Under the pieces are notes generated by a model that saw nothing but the letters and a program-made list of their open reading frames with translations, was not told the origin of the DNA and did no database searches. From contig OZ237744.1 of NCBI GenBank assembly GCA_965178125.1, forward strand, positions 1,240,001 to 1,304,000: a stretch of DNA of 64,000 nt, given 5' to 3'. Positions 12,001 to 24,197 of this stretch are shown here, one piece after another (position 1 is the stretch's first letter; each line of letters opens with the position of its first letter). This DNA is from Bilabrum cf. latius (taxonomy: Eukaryota). The translations under genes were made by a program, and so were the position numbers.

Positions 12001-13591
12001 GGAACTGGACAAGCAGTACGAGGATACTGTCGAACGTGGAAAACGTACTAGGCTTGTGATGAGGGACATGGTAGCAACCGAGAAACCGTGGGTGATCCCT
12101 GAAAAGACTTTGCTGGAGGTCCGCTGTGAAGGTTGCCGAGGCACTGACCAGTGCGATCCCATGATGGGAATCTGTCGATGTGGCTGCTTCATGTACTGGG
12201 ATGTAGCCTCTACAGCTTGTCTCCCAGCGGATACCCACCCCGGAGTTCACTTGATGATGCAACAAGACGCTGTTGACAGCCAGCATGGAGCTTGGACTCT
12301 GGAGGCGAAACAAGTCGGCCAAACAGCAACCGCTGCATGCAGTGAGAACACCTGCAACATAGCAGTCGAACTATCGACGTCTGCTGCAAGCGATAAGAAT
12401 CATTTTGCTGCTCTACTTCGCATCGACGCTACAGATTTGCACCATCGCCTAGCAGATCAAACCGCAGGAAGGCGTAGAGGCGCCTGCATTGATGGCGATG
12501 GCATCGCACAAAGTGAAAGTCTCGATGTCTTCGGCACCGATCATGCTGCAACACGTGATATTGCTCCTGAACACCTTGAGCTGGCTGGCAAGGCCTCTGA
12601 TCACGGAGAGAGTTTGGGTAGTGGCTTCATTCGCAAAGGAGAATCGAGAAGCAGCTCTGAGCACAGTGCGAGGGCTGTTGCTGCGTCTGATCGTGGAGAG
12701 AGTTTGGGTAGTGGCTCCATTCGCAGAGGAGAATCGAGAAGCAGCTCTGAGCGCAGTGCGAGGGCTGTTGCTGCGTCTGATCGTGGAGAGAGTTTGGGTA
12801 GTGGCTCCATTCGCAGAGGAGAATCGAGAAGCAGCTCTGAGCGCAGTGCGTGGGCTGTTGAAGCGTCTGATCACGGAGAGAGTCTTGGTAGTGGCTCTAT
12901 TCGCAGAGGAGAATCGAGAAGCAGCTCTGAGAACAGCGCGAGGGCTGTTGCAGCGTCTGATCACGGAGAAAGTCTGGGTAGTAGTGACTCCAGCCGCGGC
13001 ATATGGGCTGCCAGCGCTGATATTGGAAGCAGTAGACAAGCAGAGGATGGCGCTCATGTTGACCCAGGAGTCATTGAATTCAGCCCTGTGTCAATTAACA
13101 CGGGTAGAGTCGAATGTGTCGCATCGGCGGAGCCGGGAGCTCCACCTGCATACATCGAGCTGACAGGTATGTGCATCTAGCAATCAGAAACTGAAAGCAG
13201 ACTGCATGATGTAGATCTATGGCTTGAAGTGCTTGATGGGTGCCCATGGACTTGTGGCAATACGCAGATGGGAGCATTTGCTCGTCTTTCTAGGCGAGTC
13301 CGTCCATGTGGAGCCGAGGTCCAGCAGGAATCCATCAGAATTGGTGCATACAAGGGCGTGTCTGATAGGGGTGGGGGGGCAAGGCAGTCATGCTAGCCCT
13401 TGGTCGAAAGAAGTGCTGAGGAGCCGCTTAGGTGGTTTGTCGGCGCTACCGTGGATGATCCGTCGCTGTACGTGCACTTCCATGCTATCGGTCGCCTCGA
13501 CGGGACCAGTCTTCGAGTAACGACCAGAGTTATAGATCCAGGAAGAGGAGAAGAAGAAGGATCTGGTGGTGGCTGCTGTACCATATCCTAA
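9091..13591 (+). CDS. Subtilisin-like S8 serine peptidase with Cys-rich/EGF-like segment, 30-aa tandem repeats and C-terminal CCTIS
   Basis: Catalytic motifs VFILDSG (D), DFHGTSVA (H), AAGN, GTSFAAP (S). Predicted exon 9091-9226 (hydrophobic N-terminus), GT-AG intron 9227-9341 in phase, then one frame to TAA 13589-13591 broken only by TAG (9950, 9962, 11345, 13178, 13394). Confidence 0.85.
12596..12984 (+). repeat. Coding tandem repeat, 90-bp unit x ~4.3 (SDRGESLGSGSIRRGESRSSSERSARAVAA)
   Basis: Units begin near 12596, 12686, 12776, 12866 and 12956; near-identical at DNA level. Confidence 0.95.
13506..13589 (+). repeat. 84-bp direct repeat, copy B (last codons of the subtilase)
   Basis: Matches 6257-6340. 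Confidence 0.9.
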
Positions 13592-13779
13592 ATCATTCCA
13601 GATCCGATCTTCTATGGATCAATATGATCTGTTCTTAATCCATCTGAAACCGGTACAAATTCGTATAAACACAGTCGCGGCTTCAAGGCAATCGTTTACA
13701 TCCTCCAGGCATTTTCAGCCACGTTACAAACCGGGATGCGCCATCCCTAGGAAGCCCCGGCCTCAGCAGTTGGCTTGCT

Positions 13780-16445
13780 TCAAGTGGCACCCCCGAGTAG
13801 CCTTTGCATGGCGGCTGTTTCGGCCTTCATCTGCGAGATTCGTGCGGTGGTGGAGGAGCGATGATGCTGGATGGAAGAACCTGGCCGCGCGCGGGCGTCA
13901 CAACGAGCTGGTGGCACATGCGGCAGGAGCGTGCCCCACTGGCACTGGCTGGTCAGGCGAAATTGAGCATCCACATGGCGTTCAGCGACCACAGGGAAGG
14001 CACCAGATCCAAAGGGCACGCGGCGCATCGGGTGCAAGCTGCAGGGCAGTGCTGCCACCAGCAGCGGGGAACCCCGCCCGAGGCGCGACTTGCCCGCGCT
14101 CAGCACCGAGCCGCCGGTCGCGCGCCGGATTCAATACCCGAGCTCCCCGCGGCAAACACCGAGGCCGATCGGCTCGAAAATAACAAGCATCACCCCAGAC
14201 TCGGCCAGCGGGACGAGAGAGAGCAGTTGACAGCAGGATAACAAACAGCAAGCACCGGAGGGAGGGGAGGTGAGGGGAGGTGAGCGCCGCGCGACGGAAG
14301 CAAGGGAGGGCAGCAGCACAAGCAGCAAGCAAAAACATGCAAGAGGCTGGCACAATCGGACTCGTACTCACGGCCTTGAGATCGTCGATGGCGCGCTGCG
14401 TCGACACCGCAGACACGCGCGACTCGAGCTCCTGGATGCGGGCCTCGATGTCGCGGCCCTCCGTGTCGGCTCGCCCAGTGTGCTCCAGGGCCGTCCGCAG
14501 CCTCTAGAAGGTCTCTCTGATGCGTGTGAATTGCCTGTAGGCATCTACGTGGCTCTTCTCGTTGCCGCTCTGCGCCACGGCCCTGTACATCTGGTCGTTG
14601 GCCCTGGAGGAGGTCCTCTCGAGCACCACCTGCACCCTCGAGATCTCGCCCTTGACCGACTGCACCTCCCCCACCTTGCGCGCGATCTCCTTCTCCTGCT
14701 GCTGGATCCTCTGCATGATGTCGATCAGCTGCTCCGTGTACCCCGACCGGGTGTGGTCCGCCTTGGGCATGGCCTGGAACTCCTCCTTGAGCCGATCCCG
14801 CTGGGCCTTCTTCTCGCGCACCTCACGTGCCATGTCCAGCATCTCCTCGCTGAGGCCGGTCGCCTTGTCCTCCAGCTCCGCCGCGCGCTTCTTGCGGGCC
14901 GCCCGCGCGGCCTTCAGCTCCCTCACCGCCTCCACCAGCGGGCGCCGGTGCACCTCCCACTGGGCGGCCAGCTGCAGCAGCCGCTCCTCGTCCGCGTCCC
15001 CCGCCGCCTGCAGCTCGGCCAGGTGCTTCTCGCTCTCCGGCAGCATCTGCAGGGCCTTGTTCCTCAGCTTGTACTCCCGCTCCAGCTCCGAGATCCTCTG
15101 CCTGAACTCCCTCAGCTGCGCCATGCCCGTCCGCAGAGTGGCCCTCGCCAGCTCGGCGTCCTTGAGGGCCTCCTTGCCCCGCGCGATGGCCGCCTGCCTC
15201 GCGCGCTCGACGGCCGCCAGCTCGTCCTCTCTCTCCTTCTGCAGAGTCTCCTCGTCCTTCTCCTTGTCCGTCTCCTTGGGCTTCTCGCTGTCCCCCGCCA
15301 GCGGACCACTCGCCACGGCAGCCACCACGTCCGCTGCCGGGCCCGTGGCCTCGTGCTCGTAGTCACCCGCGTGACCGAAGGCAGAGTCCCGCTGCAGCCC
15401 GGCCCTGTCCGAGGCCAGCCGCGCAGCCAGTGCCTCCAGCGACATGGATGCCAGTCCCCGGAAGGCCGGCGCCGCCCCCAGCAGCCGCTGGCCCCCCTCG
15501 AGCCCCGCCCCGGCAGGGCCCAGCGTCCTCGCCGCCACCGCCCTGACCTTGCCCTCGACGGCCCGCCGCAGCTCTGCCTGCGAGCGCGCGCCCGTCTCTG
15601 CCCACAGCGCGGCTCTGTCCCTGTCCCTGCCCCTCCTCTCCGCCGCCCTCTCTAGCGCGCTGGAGAGGAGCACCCGGGGCCCGCAGGCAGAGGCGCGGGA
15701 GGGCAGCGAGCGCGAGTGCTGCTCCAGGTAGGCCGCCGAGGCGCCCGGAGTGCCCGTCGGGGGGGTGGGCGCCGATGGGAGGGCCAGAGGGGCGGTCTGC
15801 AGAGGGGGCGGCAGGGCCGATGTGCGGCCCACAGAGCCGAGGAAGGGGCGGGCCACCCACTGCTGCATGGCGTGGCGGATGCCGCGTCTCAGCAGAGCGC
15901 TCGGCCTGACATCCTCCTCCACCTCATCCTCGGGCTGTGGCAGCGTCTTGACGGCCCAGTGCAGCAGATCCTCCACATCCCGATCGGTTGGGTACAGGAT
16001 TTGCTGGTAGCCGCACTCCTTCCTGTATCCCAGACCCTGCGAGGCGAGTGCAGACAAGCATGGGACCGAAGCGGCTAACTTGCATCGCGGAAGTGTGCTA
16101 TGCTAGCGCGGTCGCATTTCCGGATACGTCTTACGCGGACAGCTTGGCCAATTTTCGCACAATCCTTGTGTCTCTGGCCCACGCTTGGCGACAGCCGGGT
16201 AGAAAACGACGATTTCCCGACGATCTTCAGCGTCTGAGTAACAATAGAGTACAGCACTTCCGGCGTTACTTGTTGAAGGGAATCAACCTTATCAGGCACA
16301 TTGCTGCGGGTAGGACTCAGCGGAATCTCGTAGTATATGTGAGATCTTGCCAGGACTGGTCTATGGCAACAAAGCGATAAACATATTCCACTTACCAGCC
16401 GGCTCGACGCAATGATACTAGGAGAATCTTCTGGGCTTCAGCCAT
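13780..16445 (-). CDS. CCDC22: Coiled-coil domain-containing protein 22 (CCC/Commander complex), 4 exons
   Basis: N-terminus MAEAQKILLVSLRRAG...LGYRKECGYQQILYP matches CCDC22; coiled coil with LAAQWEVHRRPL and RSGYTEQLIDI. TAG 14504 reads through to RLRTALEHTG; last exon MKAETAAMQRLLGGAT-TGA. Confidence 0.9.
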
Positions 16446-16962
16446 GGCGATATTAGGCTGGGCTTTCAAGTAAATTAGAGACACAAGATCAGCGCAAGTC
16501 TCATTTTCGCTATTGTAAGGTGCGCATTTGTTGCCGATGTCGGGCGTAGGGTTTGCGGACGTAGGTACCCCTGTCGCATGGTGTGTGTGCAGTTCTGTGT
16601 CGCCAGGCCTTAGTATGGCGTGCATAACTTCCCTGGATGCTTAGCGCGATAGGTGACCTTTCCATCGACGCTAGGATGCCACCTCGGTGGTCGGCACGGG
16701 GGAGCGTGCGTGCTCGTGCGCTATGAATAACCGTTGCGTGTCGAAATGGTGTCTAGTAGAAGCACGAACAAGTCTATGCTCGGATAAAGGATCGGAGACG
16801 AATGCCAGGGAGGGTGATATGGCCGCATGGCTGGTTGCACCAAGTGCAACTGCAACCACTGGTTGCAACCGCCGGTACTTCTCTGACTGAAAGCCCCACA
16901 CATACGCCTCGTCTGCTGGCTTTCTCTACACAGCAGGCATACCCATAGAACAAAACGATATA

Positions 16963-19900
16963 ATGTCTGGAGCTGGGAGGAGATCGTTCGGTGGTGCAGC
17001 CAAGGGAGGCAGGGGTAGGCATGGAAAGGGGACACACGGCAAAGGCAAATCGAAATCGATCGGGAAGGGGAGAATCGCCACGTACAAGCGGGAGCAGTCG
17101 GAAATCGAGGAGCTCAAAGAGAGAATCAAGACTGAATTGCCAGAAGCAGGCTCTCAGGACACGACATCAAAGCTTTTTTCCGACTTGCCATTGTCACGAT
17201 ACACCTTAGGAGGTAAGATATCGCTTATCGTTATACCATACCAAATGTACATTACCATATTCTTTGGATACTCTGTTATCTTCTAAAATCGCCCCGCAGC
17301 ACTGTAGAAGAGCAAGTTTACTGACCTGACTGAAATATAGCGCGCTGCAATTCCTCATGCTCTGGCGGGCCGAGATGTTCTGGGTGCAGCCAAGACTGGC
17401 TCTGGCAAAACGCTGGCATTTCTAGTCCCAGTCCTGGAGCGCCTGTACCACGAGCGCTGGGCCGCTGAAGATGGTCTCGCGGCCCTGGTGATCAGCCCCA
17501 CTCGCGAGCTGGCCATGCAGATCATGCAGGTGCTCCGCCAGGTGGGCGCGGGCCACCGCAGCCTTGCAGCCGGGCTGGTGACCGGTGGCATCAGTTTCTT
17601 GGAGGAGCAGAAGAACATCCGCCGGATGTCCATCCTGGTGGCCACCCCCGGTCGCCTGGTGCAGCACCTCGAGCAGACCCCCGGGTTCGGCCTCGAGGAG
17701 CTCAGGGTGCTGGTCCTGGACGAGGCGGACAGGCTGCTGGACATGGGCTTCAAGGAGAACCTGAACGCCATTCTAGAGGCCACGCCGGGCCCCCCGCAGC
17801 GGCAGACGCTCCTGTTCTCCGCCACGCAGACCCGGAGCGTGCAGCAGCTGGCCCGCCTCTCTCTGACGGCCCCCCAGTTCGTGGCTGTGCACGACAAGGC
17901 AGAGGCGGCCACGCCCAGGCGGCTGGCGCAGGCGTTTGTGGTGTGTCCCCTGGGCGACAAAGTGAACCTTCTCTGGAGCTTCCTCAAGTCGCACCTGCGG
18001 CACAAGACGATCATCTTCGTGTCGAGCTGCAAGCAGGCCAGGTTTTTGTACGAGGCTGTGCGGCGCATGCGACCCGGTGTACCCGTCATGGAGCTGCACG
18101 GGCGCATCCAGCAGCAGAAGCGGGTGGGCATCTACAAGGACTTCTTGGCGAAGAAATCAGCGGCGCTGTTCGCGACGGATGTGGTGGCCCGCGGTTTGGA
18201 CTTTCCCTCCGTGGACTGGGTACTGCAGCTGGACTGCCCCGAGGACGTGGAGGCCTACATCCACAGGGTGGGCAGGACCGCCAGATTCAGGCAGCAGGGG
18301 CACGGGCTGCTGGTGCTGCTGCCCTCGGAGGCGCCTGGCATGGTGCCCAAGCTGAGGGCAAGCAAGATCCCCGTCAAGAAGACGGCCATCAACCCTGACA
18401 GAGCAGTGTCCGTGGTGGGCAAGGTGGCCGCCGAAGTGGCCGCCGATGCGCACCTGAAGCATCTCGCGCAGCGCGCCTTTGCCTCGTACGTGCGCAGCGT
18501 GGTGATCTCGAGCGACAAGGAGGTGTTCAGGGCGGAGGAGCTCTCGCTCGACGAGCTGGCCGCTTCCTACGGGCTCCCCTCTACACCCAAGGTGCGAGTG
18601 CCCAAGTCGGCGCTGGACAGAGAGGCTGTGCGCGCCGAGAAGAACAAGAGCAAGCAGCTGAAGGAGCTGGAGGCGGCCATGGCCAGGGCCAAGGAGGAGA
18701 GGAAGAAGAGGAAGGCAGCCAAGAGAAAGGCGCTGGAGGAAGGGGAAGGGAAAGGGGCTGTGGATGCGGAGGCAGGTGGGCCCGCGAGCGGGGCGGGGGC
18801 AGGGGGAACCATCGACGATGGGGAGGATAGCGCCAGCAGCGACCCGTTCGGCGACTCGGATGAAGACTCCGATGAGCTCAGCTCGGATGAAGAGGACTCG
18901 GATGAGGATGAGGATGAAGAAGAGAAGGAGGAGTGGGCATTCGAGGGCGGTGGCGGCATGGGCGGGGTGGGCGCGGCAGGGTCGGACGGCGAGGAGGCCG
19001 AGGGTTTCCAGGCCCTGGACGACGAGAAGCTGGCGCGATAGGCTGCCTCGACCGGGTATGGTCTGACCAAGCCGCAGGCCATGCGTGCATCGGACCGTGC
19101 TGGAGCTGGGCGCGGGGATGCTGATGATGGCAGCGAAGAGGAAGACGAGGATGCAGTGTTCGTGAAGTCCTCTGGCCTCAGCGAGCTGGCCAGGAAGGCA
19201 CTGGGAGATGACGAGGACGATGACGATGATGAAGACGGGGAGGATGAGGAGGACAAAGACGCAAACGGGGGCAACCATGAAAGGGGTGGTGCAGCAGGGG
19301 AAGCAGTGGCATCGTCCGCCTCTGGTCGGGAAGACAAGCTTCGCAAGCAGCTGCTAGCGGGCGTCTCACTGTCTGGCATGCTGCAGCGGGAGCGCAAGAA
19401 GTTGTTGGCTGCCACCGAGCAGACGATCGAGATGCGGAGGCAGGCAGAGGCCGCTGCGAGGGGAGAGACCAGCATGGGCTTGCGCAGGCTGGCCGTTTAG
19501 GTCGCGGCGGAGGCGGAATCCGGCGAGGGCAGCGGAGACGGCGGCATCGTGAAGGCGGGCGGTGTGGTGGCCACGGAGGCGCCACCCTCTGCGGATGCCC
19601 TCGCGGACCGGCTGTCCTCTTTGTCCTCTCGATTGCACGAGCGGCTGAAGGAGGCGGACGTGGAGGACCGGCGCGCGGCCAAGGAGAGGGTCAAGGCCAA
19701 GCACAGGCGGGAAAAAATGTTGGCCAGGGGAGAACTGCCCTCGGACGATGAGGGCGAGCTGGCCATGGCTCCGAGGCTGCCTGGCGCAGGTTCAGGGGGA
19801 GAGAGCGACGGTGAGGGCGAGGGCGAGGGTGTGGATGACAAAGAAAGTGAGGTTGACTTGGGGGGTATTTCTGGTGGGGTTGCGATGCTGGAGGGCGACG

Positions 19901-20352
19901 AAGAGGAGGGGCATGACGATGAAATAGATAGCGACCAGGATCAAGGTAGTTTTGAGACACGGGTGTCTGGACGAGGCCGCAGTGCTCTTGAAGGCGGTGC
20001 TGATGAGAGTGATGCCGGGCCGCAGTGGGCTGCAAGTAGCCATCGGTCCACTGATGCAGCGGAGGATAGTAGCCCCGCGGTCAGATCGGTGGCTCGTGTG
20101 ACTTCCGGCGGTGAGGGCGCGGGTCTTGAGGATGCGCTAGCGAGCGAGGAGGCGCTCGCCGCGGCGATGATGGAGGCCAAAGCCAAAGCGAAGGGCAAGG
20201 GCAAGGAGAGGAGGCGCAAGGACGGGACAATCCGCCCGCCTAGGAGGGGTCGCAGAGAGGGCAAGGGCAAGGGCGAAAAAAAGAAAAAGAAGAGGAAGCG
20301 CTAGGAGTCTGGAGACGAGCGGGAGAGCAAGAAGAGAAGGACCGATGAATGA
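16963..20352 (+). CDS. DDX10: DEAD-box RNA helicase DDX10/DBP4
   Basis: Intron 17213-17299. [51 protein letters not shown], then PTRELA, DEAD, SAT, HRVGRTAR. TAGs at 17305, 17338, 19039, 19498, 20302; TGA 20350-20352. Confidence 0.95.
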
Positions 20353-20447
20353 ACGGCTCAAACTTTGAGCCTCAACCGGCGGCTAGACGTCACAATAAAT
20401 TTAAATTGCCAGTGCGAGATTCGCTATGCATGCACTCTACCAATCAT

Positions 20448-22615
20448 TCACTGCCGCCCACTTGACCCTGCCGGGCTGTTCTGTGTGCCGTCTCCACCTT
20501 CACCCTCGCAGCGTGGATCTCGCCTGCCTGCCGTTGCTGCATCACCCGAGCGTGCCTTGTGATTTCCTGCGGATGCAGACTCTCGTGGTATCTCGTCATC
20601 GTGTCTAGAGCTTGCGTGGGCATGTTCCGGGGCAGCACGGCCGCCCACGTCGCCGCTCTGCCTCCTGGCTGCCTCTTCCCGTGCCAAAGCCCGCCCCTTC
20701 TCACGGAGGCTCGCTACCCCCGAGTCCCTGGCCTTGCGGACCCACTCCCCCATGGACTCTCCTGCTGCCTGCTGCCCACCTCCCTTGCCAGAGCCACCGC
20801 CGACGACTCCTTCTTCCTCCTCTACAGGGGCATCCATGTACTCCCTGGCCCGGCGATACACCCGGCCCAACAGCCCTTTCTGTGCTCTGGCCGATGCCGC
20901 CTCCCGCGCACTCTTTGCAGCCTGCCCCCCTTGTTCCCTGGCCCTCTCTGCTGCTGCCTTCACCCCTTCCGCAGCGTCCTCCGCCAGGCTCTTCGCGTCG
21001 TCCTCGATGAAAGCCCGCCGCAATCGGCTGTACAGCCCACCTGCAGCCTGTCTCACAGCACCCACGTCCACTCGACTCGCTGCCGCTTCCTTGCCCTGCC
21101 GCGCCGCCTATCGCGCCGCCTGCTCCGCCTCATGTTGCAGCTCCTCCCTGACCTTCTCGTCACCCGCAGCCGCCGCCAGCCTCCTGGCCCTGCTGGCCGC
21201 AGCCTCGGCTGCCTTTGCAGCCCCCGCGGTGTCTACCCCCAGCAGGGCCTCGCGAGCAGACCGAAGGGCGTCTGCCAGGCCCCTCGCGAGTCCTCTCGTC
21301 CTCTCCTAGCCCGCCCCCGCCACACCGTGCTCCCTCTCCAGCTGAGACCCACGGGCCCCAGCCGCATCCACTGCGCCTGCCGCCCGGTCGAGCAAGTTAG
21401 TGGCCCAGCCGCGTGCGCCCTCTAGCCGCGCGCGCTGGGCGGCCTCAGATGTGTCCAGTGTTCGCAGGTCAGTGCCCTGCACCTGCCGCAGCACGCCCAT
21501 GGGCCCGCCCTCCCCGGATTGGTCCCTTCTCGAGTCTGCGGCGATGTGTGCCCTGGCCAGCCGCAGCACGTCCTCTTCCAACAGGAAGTCCATCGGCGCC
21601 TGCGCCTCACCACCATCAGCCACGCTGTCACCACCGTGCCCACCGTCCGCTGCAGACACCGTGCTCCTGCCCGCGAGAGGAGACACGGCCCCTGGGCCCA
21701 TGCACGCAAGCTCGGCGTGCGTCTGCCACGAGGCCAGCCCTGCCTCCCCCAGCGAGACACCCGCAGGGGCCTGTATCGACTCAGAGTCCACCGCATCCTC
21801 GCGCCCTGCAGCCCCGCCCACCTCGCCCATGGGACCCCGCGGACGGACGGCCTGCGCCACGGCCAGCATCGCTCGAGCAACGTCTCGACTGCGCCCGTGC
21901 CCGTGCCCGTGCCCGTGCCCGTGCCCGTGCTCGTGCTCCTGGCCTAGCTGCCGCAACCGTCTATCCCTACCTGCCTTGGCGCCTTCACCTACCCTTGTCC
22001 CATTATCCGCTCCCGCCCCCTGGTCCACAGCCTCCAGCGCCACCCGCATGGCCGCCACCTCGGCTGCCAGTGCCCGGAGGTCCTCGGGAGAGTCCCGCAA
22101 ATGGGCCCGCATCTCGGCCTGCTTGGAGGAGCGGTAGCCGCCCAGAAAGGCATCAAGGCACTCGGTGGCGACGTCTATGGCTTGCCGGGCCAGGGCCCCG
22201 GGGTCCTGCCGCCGCATCAGAGTCAGCAGGTCCTCCGCCTGACGAGCAGCTGCTTCGGCGGCGCGCCGAGCAGCAGCCTCGGCTATTTCGACCTGCTCTT
22301 CTCTCGTAAGGCGGCCAGCCTCTGCTTCGGCGAGGGCCTTCGATTCTGCCTCTCTGCGGTACTCTTCTTCGAGACGCCGCTGCATCCTCGCGTTCACGTC
22401 GTCCCGCGTTTCTCCGAACAAGAAAAACAGATCCTCTGCGATTCTGGTGATCAGGAGCGCATAATGCGGGAGCCAAGTAAGGTTTCAAACTAATTTGCTT
22501 GTAACGTCGCATCAAGAACCCACCTCGAAGCACTATTCGCAGGACAGCGAGGCGCCGCTGCGCAAGGACACGCAAAACGTCCGGTTGCACGGCGCGAGCG
22601 ACGCCATTCTTCCAT
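20448..22615 (-). CDS. Hypothetical Ala/Glu/Arg-rich coiled-coil protein (start uncertain)
   Basis: ORFs 21306-22421 and 20448-21071 share a frame, joined via TAG 21306 and 21108 (EQAAR*AARQ); ends TGA. Contains an HG repeat from a (CCGTGC)n microsatellite near 21894-21930. Confidence 0.55.
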
Positions 22616-22928
22616 GCTATCCTCCAGAAAGTCTCTGGCGGAGCATTAGCTCCCTTTCTGGCAACATACCTGCGATAGATTCGATTCAATTCAATACGAG
22701 TAGCTGTGCCACGTTTGCCAGCGCAACTAACAGACCGGTGTACGGAAATTGCACTGACTCTGCAAAGCGCGTGCGGGCCCAGCGTGCTAAACCACTCATT
22801 CTTAACTGAGCATCTCGACTATTTTGCTATTATAGTGACCTTATTTCGGTATTCTGTGGTATTGAAAAGTTCACTCATCACACAGCTCGCGAGAATCTAC
22901 TGCGGTCTCTTTGCCACTATCTAGAGAT

Positions 22929-23689
22929 ATGAACGGCATGCCGGTGCCGCCTAGAAAGTTCAAAGTTATGTTACACGCCCCCAAGCTCGAAGGCGAGGTG
23001 CAGGAGCTCCAGCCGGAAGGGTATTCAGAGTAGCACACAACCTTGGCGAAGGTAAGAATGAAGAGCCGGCTTGGAACATACCAACAAATGCGGTGCTCAT
23101 GGTTGACTGGAGTCAATATCAATCAGCCAATAGCCGCCGTATCCATCGCAGTACCGGAGCGGCACAGTCCAGCGTGCAATTGCCGGTGCTGCACCTGCCC
23201 AACCGGCCGACGACGGAGAACTCGATCGTAGATCTGCCAGGGCCTGGGGTATTGCGCGAGAGCCTTTTATGCAGTTGTTTTAGCTAGGCCTCATGATGTG
23301 GTTCGCTGGCAATCAATTGACAGTGTGGAGCATCTTCATATTGATACCTGCCTTGCAAACACCTTTCATGCGGCTAATGGCAGTGAACGAAGGTAAGGGG
23401 AAGTGAAAGCTTGAACTCCCAGCTTCGAATCATCTAATATGTACATATTTACGATAGTCTTCGCCTTTGCGTCAACGCAGTGTTCAAGGTAGTGGCCCAC
23501 GAGAAGCTGGACCTCACAGTGCAGAAGGCTGTCTACGTGCTGCTCTGCGTGGCGGGTGTGGCGCTGGCACTGGCCAAGGTGCACTGGCTAGGCCTATTGC
23601 CAGTGACCTCTGCCGACTGGGTTGGCCTCCTGCAGGCGCACGACCCGCTGGAGCACAGTGCCGCTGCCATCCCGGTGCTGGCCGGGTGA
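22929..23689 (+). CDS. EMC4: ER membrane protein complex subunit 4, 3 exons
   Basis: Exons 22929-23051, 23152-23392, 23481-23689. AWGIAREPFMQLF*LGLMMWFAGNQLTVW and KVHWLGLLPVTSADW match EMC4/TMEM85 motifs. TAGs 23031 and 23281. Confidence 0.85.
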
Positions 23690-24197
23690 TGCAGGCAGTG
23701 GTAGTGGCAGCCTGGGGACTGACAGAGGGTGTTTCATGGCATGACGCGGACGGATTTGATTCTCGATTTTCTCTGTCAGCAACAGCGAATCTCTATGTGT
23801 AGCACCAGCGCTGCGTATTCGCAGCAACTGCATCAGTTTGGCTCAAAGCCGCTGACCAAGTCACGATCGATCCACCTCGGGCTTTCTGATAGGTTTTCTC
23901 AAGCTGGACTCTAACGCTTCTCCTCCTGCATGTCCGCTCCACCTTTGTAGGCTGATTGTAGCATCCGGTTTAAAGTTTCTAGCTTGCCGCTGGTCAATCA
24001 GCACGCTAGCGGCAGGCCCCCAAAGCCGTTCGCTTCCGGAAGTCTGCCAGTGGCGGTGACGACTGCCCGCACCATGCTGAATGGACAGGACTGGCACGGT
24101 ATCCACAATTGCCTCTTGTGAAGGCAGCACCCTGCGCTAGGCTCGTCATACTATCTAGTTATATATTTCAAGTTGTTGACACAGCACAATTACTTCA

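Noticed and set aside
12596-12984. 90-bp repeats as a CRISPR-like array
   Set aside because: Contiguous in-frame coding repeats with no unique spacers.
16832-16870. Imperfect TTGCA/TGCAA palindromes in the CCDC22-DDX10 divergent promoter
   Set aside because: Too short, and not seen recurring at other promoters, to call a regulatory site.
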